The position numbers and the translations under genes are program-made. The notes under the pieces were generated by a model. That model saw only the letters and a list, made by a program, of their open reading frames with translations, was not told the origin of the DNA and searched no databases. This document shows positions 42,646-54,896 of a stretch of 64,000 bases of DNA, in pieces. Within the stretch, counting starts at the first letter, position 1, and the number at the start of each line of letters is the position of its first letter. The stretch spans positions 434,001 to 498,000 of the forward strand of contig CAJFCJ010000024.1 in NCBI GenBank assembly GCA_904063045.1. The letters are read 5' to 3'. The DNA comes from Dimorphilus gyrociliatus (Eukaryota > Animalia > Annelida).

Positions 42646-44018
42646 ATGATATCATTATATAGAAAATTACTTTATTCTATAATTGTCTTACTGTTCGTAA
42701 CGAGTTTATCGATTAGTTTACTGATGACGTTTATGCACGAAAAATTATTAAAAACTGGATATATCTCCTCTAAAGCCGAAACATCGTCTGTAGCCGGATT
42801 CAAGTTAACAGATAAAATAGAATTAAATAAAATAAACAAGAAATACGAAGAATCTTGTGGAAGATTTTTAAAAGATATACAAATATTGGATAGTTGCCCT
42901 TGTCTATCGAATAAATTAGGTAAGTGAAAACAGAGATATCTTGGAGTTAAACTGTAGCATTGTAAATAGAAAGATAATCAATTAGTAACATATGCTATTA
43001 AAGTTAGATATCTCATCAATTAAATAAACAATAATAGTCGTTTCACTACATAGTATTGCTGTTATGTTTGTAGTTGGCAGAAGAAAAGCGCTTGTTGTTC
43101 CCAGAAACTGGTCAGATATAGAGATCGCATTTAAAGGAACTCTCCAAACAAATGGCGAATTTAGGCCCCATTGCAACAAATGGCAGACTATCGCTATAAT
43201 AATACCTTTTATGAAAAGAGAAATGCATTTACGATTGTTCATCGATCATATTCATCCGATATTACAAGCCCAACAAATACATTATAGAATATTTGTTATT
43301 GAACAAAATCAACCAAATATATTCAACAAAGGTACATTGATGAATAGTGGATATTTAGAAGCTAAGAAACATTTTCAATTTGATTGTGTGATCTTTCATG
43401 ACGTTGATATGTTATCTGAAGATGACAGGAATATTTATAATTGTATAGATTCTCCTAGGCATATTGGAAGTCACGTAGATATTTTTCAATATAGATTGTT
43501 TTATGATAAATTGGTGGGTGGCGCTTTGGCCTTTGAGATAAAAGAATTTGAGAATATTAATGGGTATTCTACAAAATTTTTCGGTTGGGGAGGAGAAGAT
43601 GATGATATGTACAATAGGTAAAGAGAATATACTTTTCACAACACTCTAAAGTTCTAATAAAACATTCCTTGATAAGGCTCTTTTACAAAGGACTCAAAAT
43701 AACCAGATACGATGAACAGTTTTCAAAATTTCGTATGATTCAACATAATAGGGATGCTCAAAATCCTAATAATATTTATAAGTAAGTAATAGTGCAGAGA
43801 TAAATAACTGTTAAAGGAAATTTTCCATTCTCTCTATTTTCTTCCTCAATCCCGCCAATTGCTCTGCTTATAGGTTTAATTCATTTTATCCGAATCCGTC
43901 CCATTACAACACCGACGGATTGTCATCAACGTATTACAAAGTTGTTTCCGTTAAAGAGGGTCCTCTATTTACAAGTATTAAATTAAACTTAGGTAGTAGT
44001 ATAAATACAAACACGTGA
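42646..44018 (+). CDS. GT7 beta-1,4-N-acetylgalactosaminyltransferase (bre-4-like), 355 aa if exon 4 is read to its stop
   Basis: Exons 42646-42919, 43074-43617, 43677-43781, 43874-44018. TM anchor, AIIIPFMKREMHL, FNKGTLMNSG, FHDVDML, GWGGEDDD. YDKLVGG places Leu at the position of bovine B4GalT1 Tyr289, which predicts a UDP-GalNAc donor. Confidence 0.92.
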
Positions 44019-44063
44019 CCATTAATTATTAAGTTTATGCAATCGTTTTTGTATACAAAACAG

Positions 44064-45050
44064 AAGTTGCTCAAAATACCGAATATACAAACGAAGAATT
44101 CGAAATATCAAGGAAGCCAATTGAAAGAAATACAAGTGTTGAGAATGAAGAACAATGCGCTGTTGATTGCTACAGAAAGCCGATTTGTTATGGTTATAAT
44201 TTTATGGGCAAAAAATGTTATTTATGGAGTAATCATATTCTCAATTCAACTAAAACTCAGTTTAAGACTTTAAAACGGAAGATAGCGAATGGTATAGCAA
44301 TTTCGTAAAATATGTATAACATTCTCCTATTTGATTTTTATTTGTTTCTTAGAACAACTGCTATTAGTGGACTATCAAAGATTTGACGGTTTATGCAAAG
44401 GAGAGTCATCTATTTATCGGCAGATGTCGCCAACAGAGTGCTCTAGGACTTGTAAAAATGACGCTACCTGTCGGCTATTTTCTTACAACTATAACGAGGA
44501 CGCAGTAGAACCTTGTTTAAAGATTGATAATTCAAATTGTTCGAAGTCTAATTTGCATAAGTTAGATAATATATTCACCTACTTTAAAAAGAATTTAAGT
44601 TAATATTTTATTGATTTTTGCTCAAACTACATCAATTAGTGTTGTTCTTTTATTATTATCTTTAGATAAAGTTAGATTTAATGACGTGAACTTTTCGATA
44701 AAAAATGGTGATTGTTTTCAAGAGGATATAGCTTCCATCAGAGATTTTCCAGCAGATGAATGTTCAGGTGAAAAGAAAAAAAACAGCAGACCTCTAAAAA
44801 TATGAATATTATATGTCATACTGTTTTCAAGCTATATTTAAATAAAGTATACACGTTTCTTTTTTTTTTCTTTCCAGTAAAATGTAAAGAAACTAAAGAA
44901 TGTGAAGGATACGTTATATCCTATCAGAGTTGTTATCTAAAGAAGAAAATCCGAGAATGTGTACCAAAATCCTCTACATTCTCTTATGTAATGAAAAACT
45001 CGACACTCGAAGAAATAGATATGAATAAAATATTATCTCAAGGGGATTAA
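44064..45050 (+). CDS. Three PAN/apple-like modules with no start codon or signal peptide; probably 3' exons of the GT7 gene
   Basis: Exons 44064-44291, 44353-44598, 44666-44767, 44878-45050, all phase 1. C-x3-C-x5-C..C patterns: CAVDCYRKPICYGYNF..CYL, CSRTCKNDATCRLFSY..CL, CSVKCKETKECEGY..CYLK. Confidence 0.75.
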
Positions 45051-46319
45051 AACAAGAAGTATTGTAGATATTGTTGAAGAAAACGGCAAGAAGAGAAGAT
45101 TGAGAGAAAGAAAGAAAGAAAAAAGGAAAAAAGAAATTTTTATCCCTTGTATAGAAATAAAAAAACGAAAAGAGACTGTATCAAATGAACGAGTTATTCG
45201 TTGTTATTAAATTTATTTCTTATTATTATCATTATGACAAAGCTTTGCTTTGGTTAGCTTTAACCTTATTAATTAATTAAGTATATAAATAGTTAGCAAT
45301 TAGTCATCTTTCCATGTTAAAAATAGCTTATATAAACATTTGAAGTAAAACATTTCGATTATTCTAAACCTTTCGGGAATTTTAGTAAGGTTCATTTAAC
45401 TTGAAATTCTCTACAGTATCCTTTTCTTGTTGACTCTGCAGCTTTTCTAGTAATAACTAATTAATTAGCAATAATTCTAAGCAGTTGGATGTTTTTGTAG
45501 AATGATTATAATAATCATCCTTATTACAATTATGTATAAATTGTTAATATGATATATCATGTTGTAAGATAAATATTATCTTTCCTCTCATTTTGTGTAT
45601 ACTATTTAACAGTATGCACGTTATATTCAAGTGTATATTTAATTTTGACGTATTTGCTTTATACACTATCTGAACAGCTAAGAAGTCATTATGGATTAAA
45701 AAGTTTGATAGAGTATCATCTACTTAAATTTGATGTATTGCATAAAATATCTTTATAAAAAAGTATGTCAAATATTTAAAAAGCAGTTAAAAATAGAATA
45801 AAATCGTTGGGGGAGTTTTCTTTTCAGTCCCCTGTTGCTTTTACTAATAGCATAAAGTATAAATAAGTTTTAGAGTATATGCTTAAATTTCTTCGAAAAC
45901 TGCATTCATCATGAATATTTAATGTGGAAATGATTTTAACAAGGTGAAGTATCATGTGAAGGAAGCTAAATAAAGAAGTTGAAACATTCTTTTTAACTGA
46001 TAATTGAGACAAAGAGAGAAGCTAGGATGGAGGGAAGAAGGAGTAGAGGATAGGGAAAGACAAGAATAATAATAAATTAAAATAGAATATAGAATTATTG
46101 CCTCATTTTCAGTAATCATTAGTATTATAACTATTTATTAGTAGAATTCATTTAACGTATATTTCTTAGAGTCCAACTAAACAAACCTATTTAGTCTATA
46201 ATTTTACTAAAAGGGTTTCTTGAAAAGCTAAATGTCGTAAGATAACATATTTTTATCATTCATGTCCAAAATATTCCTTAATTATACTATGTAGAGAAAT
46301 AATTCTTTTTAAGTATCTC

Positions 46320-47299
46320 TTAGGCTCGAGAATCTGATTGCAATTGCTGTACATAATTATAAATTATATCTCCGGAAATCTGTATGCAATCAAATAAAGG
46401 TATTTATTAAGTAAATTAGCTAAACGTTGCTATTTTGGTAAATATCATGCTTACTCTAATATTATTTCTACAGCAAATTGCTGAGCAGCAGAAAGACGAG
46501 GATATAATCCCCAAAATACCTTCTATTATAGCTGAGAGTAACATAATTGAATACATAGCCATGACGATGTCCTTCAAGGAAAAAAAGGGGAGATAAAATG
46601 GAGTAACCACATATTAATCGGAAACATGTTTACAATTATTCATATACATACGTAATTTTCATTTTTTGAAAAATAATCATAAGTACGCGTTGAGTTGGTG
46701 ATATGTCTTGTCTCTCTGTCCATGCTGTCAGGTCCAACGACTGACAAACCAATTATACCCATTGATACTACAACGGTTGAAAAAGCAGCGGAGATAATAG
46801 ACATAATTAAATAGGCAATCACCTAAACAATACAAAAAGAATTTTATCTGATTGATTTCATTTCTAAATGATTCTCGAGCTATCTTACTAAGGTTTTTTG
46901 CTTATTTCTAGAAGATAGTAAGCCAATAAAGGCACATGTCATGAATATTATTCCGCACCAATAGGCCGAACCAACAAAAGCTGGAAAGCCCCACATCTCG
47001 TAATTATTGTCATCCGTAGGACTTCGATTATTTAAAACGGCTATTATAACTGTGTTTGCAAATATTGCTAATAAAGCGAAACTTAATTGAAGTAGTCCAA
47101 CAAGTTTGGAAGCTGATGAATTATAATGAGTTATCACTGAATTATCGATCTGATTTGGTGGAAGGATGATTCTCTAAAAAGATTATTAAACGTTTATAAT
47201 GTATTGAATATATTTAGTTTTTAATTATTTATTGCATAATCGAGAATGACTTACATTCGATTGATTCGGAGATCGATATTGAATATTTTGATAATCCAT
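46320..47299 (-). CDS. MS4A/CD20-like four-TM protein (225 aa)
   Basis: Exons 47299-47255, 47173-46889, 46822-46652, 46571-46455, 46379-46320, all phase 0. Four hydrophobic segments; G-x-AYWCGIIF and LGIISSSFCCSAICC motifs. Confidence 0.8.
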
Positions 47300-47637
47300 T
47301 GCGCTACTTTAATAATTTTATTCTCCTTTTCGATTAGCTTTAAACATTTTCCTAAATGATTTTACCAAGAGTTTCTTTTTTTTTGTAAGCGTATGGTTTC
47401 TATGCAAATAAAAATCAATAGAACTTTCAATGTTCATCCATACGTTACCAATTAATAAAAGGCCTATTAATAATTATTCAATTGTTAAAGTATTTTATTG
47501 TTGTTATCATTTTTTGTATATAATATACCCAATGCAAAGTATATACTCCAGGTGCTGTATATATATATATACAACATACATATACATATAGCAGATCTAA
47601 GCAAGGAGAAAGGGAACTGAAAGGCAGGATAGAAGAG

Positions 47638-47684
<47 letters not shown>

Positions 47685-50600
47685 GGGACCGAGAGTGTAA
47701 AAAAATCACCAAAATAGATTAATTTAAATCTATTCATAGTTTAAAAAATAGAAACTAGGTTTCTACAATACAAGTAAAACATCTGTTACTTTTTATTATA
47801 TTTTAGATAACATATTGTTTTAAAAATAGATTAATAAAAAAATGCTCTATTGAAACTGAAAATGCGATTTATAGTCTAAAAAGGAACAAAACCTTTAACA
47901 TCTTGAATAGATAATTTATAGTGTAAAATCCGAAGAATATTTATATCGTAATTAGTCTAATATTAAAAAAGGATAGGAAATACCGGTATTCGTATATAAT
48001 TTGGCAAGATGAAATATCGACAGTATTCCCTTGTTACAACCTCCAATTAGCATTTAATGAAGGAGGAACCAAAGGCGGAGATGCTTCTAAAAACAGTTTA
48101 TAAATAGCTACCCAAAATTTTAACTGGCTGGTTTCAATATTCTCCGATATATAATTTATACAGACTTTCATGATTACAATAGACTAATATCCTAAAAACT
48201 AGTAAGATAAGGAGAGAGAAGGGAGGTGTTAAACAGCATTAAAATAAATGACATTGTCTATAAATCATGACTTTTCGTTTTGTTAATAAACTGCATAATT
48301 TTGAAAAATGGAGCTTATTTTTTCATTTAATTTCTGAGAGAAGGCAAACGAAAGAAATTTTTTACTATGTATTTATATTTTATGTTTCTTATTTTGTCTT
48401 TCTCTATCTGTCTGTCCTTTTCTCAGATGACCTTCTCTGTCTCTGTCTTGTTACTCTCCCTCTCTTCTACTACAAAACAATGCACACACACTCCCTCCTT
48501 CCCCCTCTCTCTTTCTCTCTCTCTCTCTTTCTTTTCTATACATTTTATTTCGTTGCAAATAATAAAAGTAAATGGACATGCTGTTTTCTAAAACTTTTCC
48601 TTCTTTTGGAAAGTCACTTTTACCCAAGTTTTTTTTCTAAATATCAACCTTTAGATGTAATAAGCGGTTTAACTTCAAAAAGAGTGACTATAAATCCCTG
48701 TAGATCTTGAAAACGTTTCGGTTCTAATACTTTAGAGTGTTGATTGCCATCGCTTTACAGCCATAGCATAAAAAAAGAAATACTAGATCTCTTTTTATTC
48801 TTCTAGACTATTCAATGCTTATGAATAATATTATAATGTATTAGATATCAGCGTAGTTCATATAGAGTTTTTTTCATAAGTAAATTTTTAATGATTACTT
48901 ATAATATCCTCCCCATAAAATATAATAACTCCTTTTATATTTTCTAAATGGCAGTAGGTTGTTTAAACGATACTTTATAATATTATATTGTCATGGCTAC
49001 AAAAAGATAAAACATTATAATTATATTCCCAAGTTTATCTTCAACCGTTAAAAATACTTAAGTAGCTAGAGCACGCTGATATACAGTATATATAACGTAT
49101 ATTTTATTACGTATTACTTAATATATTATAAAAAAATGAATTGGATTTTACAAGTGTTACATTAGTAGAGTATTTAGAAAAACTAATACATTTTGATAGA
49201 GAATACTGTATATCGTACTGTATCTATTAGTGAAAAAAAGATCTTCATTATCTACAAATAGAGAATATTAATATTAAAAAGAAACTTTTTTTCTGTTAAG
49301 CACTTTTCACTTAGTCTATAATTTTCATGTAGATTGATAATTGTATAAAAGACATTGAAGTATTGAGTATAAGAAATAGATGGGTATTACGTAAAAATTA
49401 CTTTGCTACTTGTGGAAAAAGGATACATGATGGATAAAAGACAATTTGAAGCGTTAGTGAGAATTGTTGCAAACATTTAATCAATTCAAAGGGCCTTTTA
49501 TATAGTAATACCAATTATAATTTCCGTTGTATAATTAGGTTTATTTTCAATTTCAAAAATAAAGGCACGAAGTATTGCTTTTCTTACGACAACATTTTAT
49601 TCATTAATTTTTATAATATGGTTATTGACATACAAGAAAGAGAGAAAGAGAGAGAGAGATAACGTCTGAACTATATAGTTTCAATATAAGTTATACTGCT
49701 AATGGGTTTCAAACTATGAAAAGTTATTAGCAACTTTATTTATACCTCAAAAAAAGTAACCTAAAGAGTTGGATAAGAATCGTATTATCTATATTACGTC
49801 TTCCTTTCTGAAAATAAAACTTTAGTATAAAATAGAGTAGGAGCTGTATGTTGTTTTGCAAGAATAAAAACATGATTACAAGAATTGATGGAGTTTCATA
49901 TAAGTCAAATGAAATATAATCCTTCAGTAAGCAAAAAAAAGGAAAAATAGAAAAAAAAACTCTATCATAATTTCTTTGGGGAATTTATATAAACTTTTTT
50001 ATAACTTACATATTTTGATCTTTTTTTTGTTGTAATTAGGAAAGTCATGTTTAAAGTAATTCAATGTCATATAATACATTAAATGAATATACGGAATATT
50101 GAAAGAAGAGAAGGATACTTTCAATATATATACAGTATATGTCTATATAAAAGAAAAACACTGAGATAATCGATTTAGATACTTTCGGAAATTCTCTTCC
50201 TTATTCTATTTTCATACAGTTAGGAAGATGTTTAAAATTACTTTTCATGCTTTATGTTTTACTGTATAAGAATATTAAAAAAATTGAATGAGTGTATCTA
50301 AGATATCTATGTTTAAATAAAGGTTGTCAGCTTGGATAAAGTCATCCGAATTAAATTTCAAACATTACAAAGATGTTCATCTGTATTACGACGTAATATT
50401 TATGCATTAAAAAAATATTACATTGAATATGTAATCATAATATAAAAAAAGGAGAAATGAACTAAATGATTTTTTTATAATGCTTATTTGTCTTAATATT
50501 TTTCCTGCAAGGGAAAGCAACTTGATAATTGTTATTGAGCTTTTTACATATTTTTTTATAGATTTTTTTCCCTCCCTCGTTTATTTCTCCTATTAATATC

Positions 50601-53600
50601 TGTGATACGCTTATTCTTTTCTTTCCTTTCTTTCCTTTCTTTCCTCTAATGTTTTTATTGTATTTTCGCTATTTTTCATAGAAAATATTTTAAGGTGAAA
50701 AACAAAAAAAACGGTTGAAAGCTTTGGTTTTACTTTAAAAATTATATTACTATGTTTTTCTGTTATTCTATTTCTTCCAATTTTCTTTAAAACTTCTAAT
50801 GAGATTTCTTTTGGTTTCTTGTCCTTTAAATGGCATACTTCTCTTGTCTTTATTTACGTACTTGATTATTGTAATTAGATAATTATTTCCTTTAACATTT
50901 TTACCCTCAACCTTAGAGAATTATTTTATAAAAAGTACACTTCATTCATTTCCGGTTAGCTATTCTTCTCTTTGTTTTTCTTTCAGAAATGTGTCATAAG
51001 GTTGGATTTATATTTCATCTTTGCATCACTTGGACTATCCAATTGTTCCCTCAACATCGACCCTTTAGATATAGTTTGGTAAAATAACAATTAATTTCTC
51101 CCACACGTTTTCATAGCTCCTATAAAATTAGTATAAGACAAACATCGTGAAATAGGCCTGAGTATCGTATTTATTAATATATTTTTGTGTACTATACTAT
51201 ATAAAAACAATATGTAAATAATATACAGAATACTAGGTTAACATACATATTAAAACTTTTACGAAAGAGAGAATTCTAATTAAATTCTTTGATTAAAGAA
51301 ACTTAATTTAAAAGTAAAAAAGAAAAAAAAAACACTTTAATTGAGTAGGACGAGGGTGATTTTATTCTTGGATTTAAAAGGAAAAACGTGACTATTACGT
51401 TGGAGAATACTAAGATACAACTCTTAAAAGTAATGAACTTCCGGTCATTCAAACTGACAATCTATAAAATAAATCACTATTGTAACATTAACAACATTAA
51501 GAATAATATTTATTTTAAGAAAAAAAAAATATTCTAAGAAAGGTTGAATCAATGTTAAAGTAGGATTATCTGCATTATCTACGTCGTTTGTCGTTTCCTT
51601 TCCATGGTAAGTATTATACTTAATTGACTGAGATATATGATATGATAAATATTTCATCATAGAAAGACATCAACCCGATAAAGAATTCTGCTTTAATATC
51701 TTTTATTACAAGTGGATTTGTATATAACCTATAATATTTATATTAACCAAGTTATATATATACATTTGTATATGAATATAAAACGTATACAGCATATACA
51801 GTATATATTAGCTTGTATTTATCATTCTATAATAATTCGGAGAAGGATGAAAAAATACATTTATCCTTGATAATTTATGTTTTCAACTTATTATAACTAT
51901 TAAATTTATGAATGTCTTTAGGTATTGTCATCAATATCGTATTTGTAAACCAATCTATAAAACTTAAATAGAAAGATAAATGATGATGCCTCCAATTAGG
52001 AATATGACGCCTTATGTAGTGGGAATGTTTACCATATGAGTATACTTTTCATTTCAGTGCTGTGAGCTCTACCACCCTTTGCCTTTACTTATATTACCAT
52101 ATTTCCCCTCCACTTCACAATAAATAAATAATTTTACGAACTTTATTAATGAAGTATAGTTGACTTTTAGTTTTCTTTTAAGGAGCATCCGTTCTATATT
52201 AGCGAAATGTCATAAGGTGTGAAAAGAAAAGAGATTGTTGTCGGAATTGTTATAGACTAGTTAGTATTATTTTTAGATTTAATATGTTTATTAGTATTAC
52301 ATTACACATGAATAATTGTATATCAATAAATATTTTTATTTTTTTCGCAAACTATTAAGATAAACTAGATAAAAAGAGATAAAACTGTTGCCAGCTATTG
52401 ATTTTTTTTATTTCGTTATTGTTTGTCTCCTTTTGTTTCATCTAAAAGTATTGTAATACATATATATATATATACAGTATATAGATATCTATATGCATAT
52501 TTAAAAAGAATAAAGCACTATTACCAATTACTTTTTCATGACTATTTTAAATAATTTTCATCAGATGTGTTATGTAATTACAAAATAATAATTTTTTCAA
52601 TTTTTTATTTTTTTTTAAAAAGAAAAATATTACTTATATTTCTTCCATTCATAAATGAATAATATAGTTACGGTATGGTATATTTTCTCATTTTTCTCTA
52701 TTTCCTTCAATTCCGTTTCTCTAACTTTCGAATAAATGATTAAAACCCGAGAGATTAAACTAAAATGAAGAAATTTTTAATAAATGATATTTATGCGTAA
52801 GAGAAAATACATTTATTAAGCCTTATTTTTACTAGCAGTTTATGCATGAGGTGAGAGATGACTAGAATATTAGTTGAGTCATTATTGCATATCATTCATA
52901 TTAATTAGGAATGGAAAAGAGAGATTGACCGAATTAGGAAACAGTCTCACAGATATTTATCACATTTCCCAATAGTTATTTTATTACAGTAAAAAAAAAG
53001 CTGCATGTAGGACATAATCTTAGTAGATGGAAGAGGAGTGGAGTGGAGATATAGAGGGACCGATTTAGACAGTTACACAAACATACATGTATAATAAGGG
53101 GGGATAGGAGAAAGAGAGAGATAAACATCTATATGTCTATATATATATATACTCAGATAGAGAGAGAGAGAGAGAAAGCGATAGATGGATAGATATAGAG
53201 ATAGATAGAAAAACAGTAAGAAAAGGAGAGAAGGAAGGGAAAAAAGTTTGTTTTCATTTTTTTCTTGCATGCTTTTTTTTCTTTAGCATATTATTTTAAT
53301 GATTTTGTCCATCAGCAGAACTAAGAGAACACTAGAGTAGGTTGGATAGAAAACATTAAATATCATTAAATAGATGTATAAAACACTGCAACTATAACGA
53401 TAATAATAGTAACAGTATATAGAAATTGTTTGCTTTCAAGTTTTGGTATATTTAGATATAAATTTTGAAAAAAATTACATAAGTAATTTTATTATTATAG
53501 ATAATAATTGTAGAAACTGGTAGTATATAAAGACTTAAAGAAAGAAAAGTAAGGTGTATATTGTAAAAAAGACGTCAAATAAAAATCGTGACTACTAGCG

Positions 53601-53652
53601 ACTTAAATATATAAATTTTCCAGTAGCCAACGCCACTCGGCAGCTTCTCGTT

Positions 53653-54801
53653 ATGTTAGATAAGCTAACGAATTCCTGTTTTACCCATACTCTTACTGAC
53701 AATAAAAACTATAGTTCTGTTCCGGATTCGGAAGGATACTTAACAAGTGGATTTAATTCGGTTGAGAATTATGAAATTACAAAGCATATACTTAAGATCT
53801 ATGTTACACCAGTTATATGCTTCGTAGGAATAATTGGTAATGTATTAAACCTGTTAGTGTTAACAAGGAGGCGGATGCAGACAGGCATTGACTCGATGAA
53901 GAAATCCGCTCATTTGGGATTAATTGCCCTAGCTGTTGCAGATCTTCTCTATTGTACATTCTTAATAATCCTTACCTTTACGGATTCTAATCTAGTAATA
54001 TATGGTTCTTTTTCAATATTTCTGTTTTCTAAAATGTTTGGAATGGCAATTAAGAATATTTTGAGCATGTTTTCAACTTACATAACTGTCATGATTGCTG
54101 TTGGAAGGTATGCGGCAATTTGCTACCCTTTACACGCTAAGCAGTTTGTCAATGTAACTGCAACTAGAATGTTTATTTTGGCCTGTTTCTTATTATCAGT
54201 CATAATTTTTACACCGAATTTTTGGCTTTTCCGATTACACACCTACTCTTGTTATGGGGAACATGGAATAGAATATAGATATTCTTTGGATACAGGTTTC
54301 TTATCAGAGAGGCCAGTAGCTAAGAAATCAATTGATTCAATTCAATTAATAATCAATTTCATAATTCCTTTTATCATTCTCTCATTCTGTAACTTTAAGT
54401 TAATAATGGCTCTAAAAGCGTCATGGAAATTTCGACAGGCTCAAAGCGTTCCCGTTAGTCAGAATCAATCGAAGCCAATTACACCTACACTTATTGCAAC
54501 TATATTCTTATTTTTATTATTATCGTCACCCTCTGAGTTCATAAATTTATATTCTAATGTTGCAGCAAAAGATAAAACTGAACTTGTATTAGTTATATTA
54601 GAATTTGCTAATGTGTTGCAAACATGTAACTTTGCCGTCAATTTTATTTTGTACTGTGTAGTTAACGTTCATTTTAGAGCTACGTTGGCTGATAGTTTAA
54701 GAAGAAAGCGTGGTTATAATGAGATAGAGGGACAAAGATTACAAAATATGACAACAACAACAAACGTTAATATGTCAACCAAAGCGGTGCCATGTGCATA
54801 G
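53653..54801 (+). CDS. Class A peptide GPCR, FMRFamide/sex-peptide-receptor-like, single coding exon
   Basis: Seven TM segments; GIIGNVLNLLVL, LAVADLL, GRYAAICYP, FIIPFIILSFCN, NFAVNFILY; CAG acceptor at 53621-53623 before the ATG. Confidence 0.9.
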   Translation: MLDKLTNSCFTHTLTDNKNYSSVPDSEGYLTSGFNSVENYEITKHILKIYVTPVICFVGIIGNVLNLLVLTRRRMQTGIDSMKKSAHLGLIALAVADLLYCTFLIILTFTDSNLVIYGSFSIFLFSKMFGMAIKNILSMFSTYITVMIAVGRYAAICYPLHAKQFVNVTATRMFILACFLLSVIIFTPNFWLFRLHTYSCYGEHGIEYRYSLDTGFLSERPVAKKSIDSIQLIINFIIPFIILSFCNFKLIMALKASWKFRQAQSVPVSQNQSKPITPTLIATIFLFLLLSSPSEFINLYSNVAAKDKTELVLVILEFANVLQTCNFAVNFILYCVVNVHFRATLADSLRRKRGYNEIEGQRLQNMTTTTNVNMSTKAVPCA

Positions 54802-54849
54802 TTCAAAGAAAACTGTTTAGTCTTATCTTGCTATAGTTGTGTATATACA

Positions 54850-54852
<3 letters not shown>

Positions 54853-54890
<38 letters not shown>
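54853..54890. repeat. (TA)n microsatellite downstream of the GPCR stop
   Basis: About 19 perfect TA units. Confidence 0.9.

Positions 54891-54896
<6 letters not shown>

Noticed and set aside
44037-44273. 78-aa ORF starting at ATG 44037 as an independent PAN gene
   Set aside because: It is out of frame with the Cys-patterned PAN frame and has no signal peptide.
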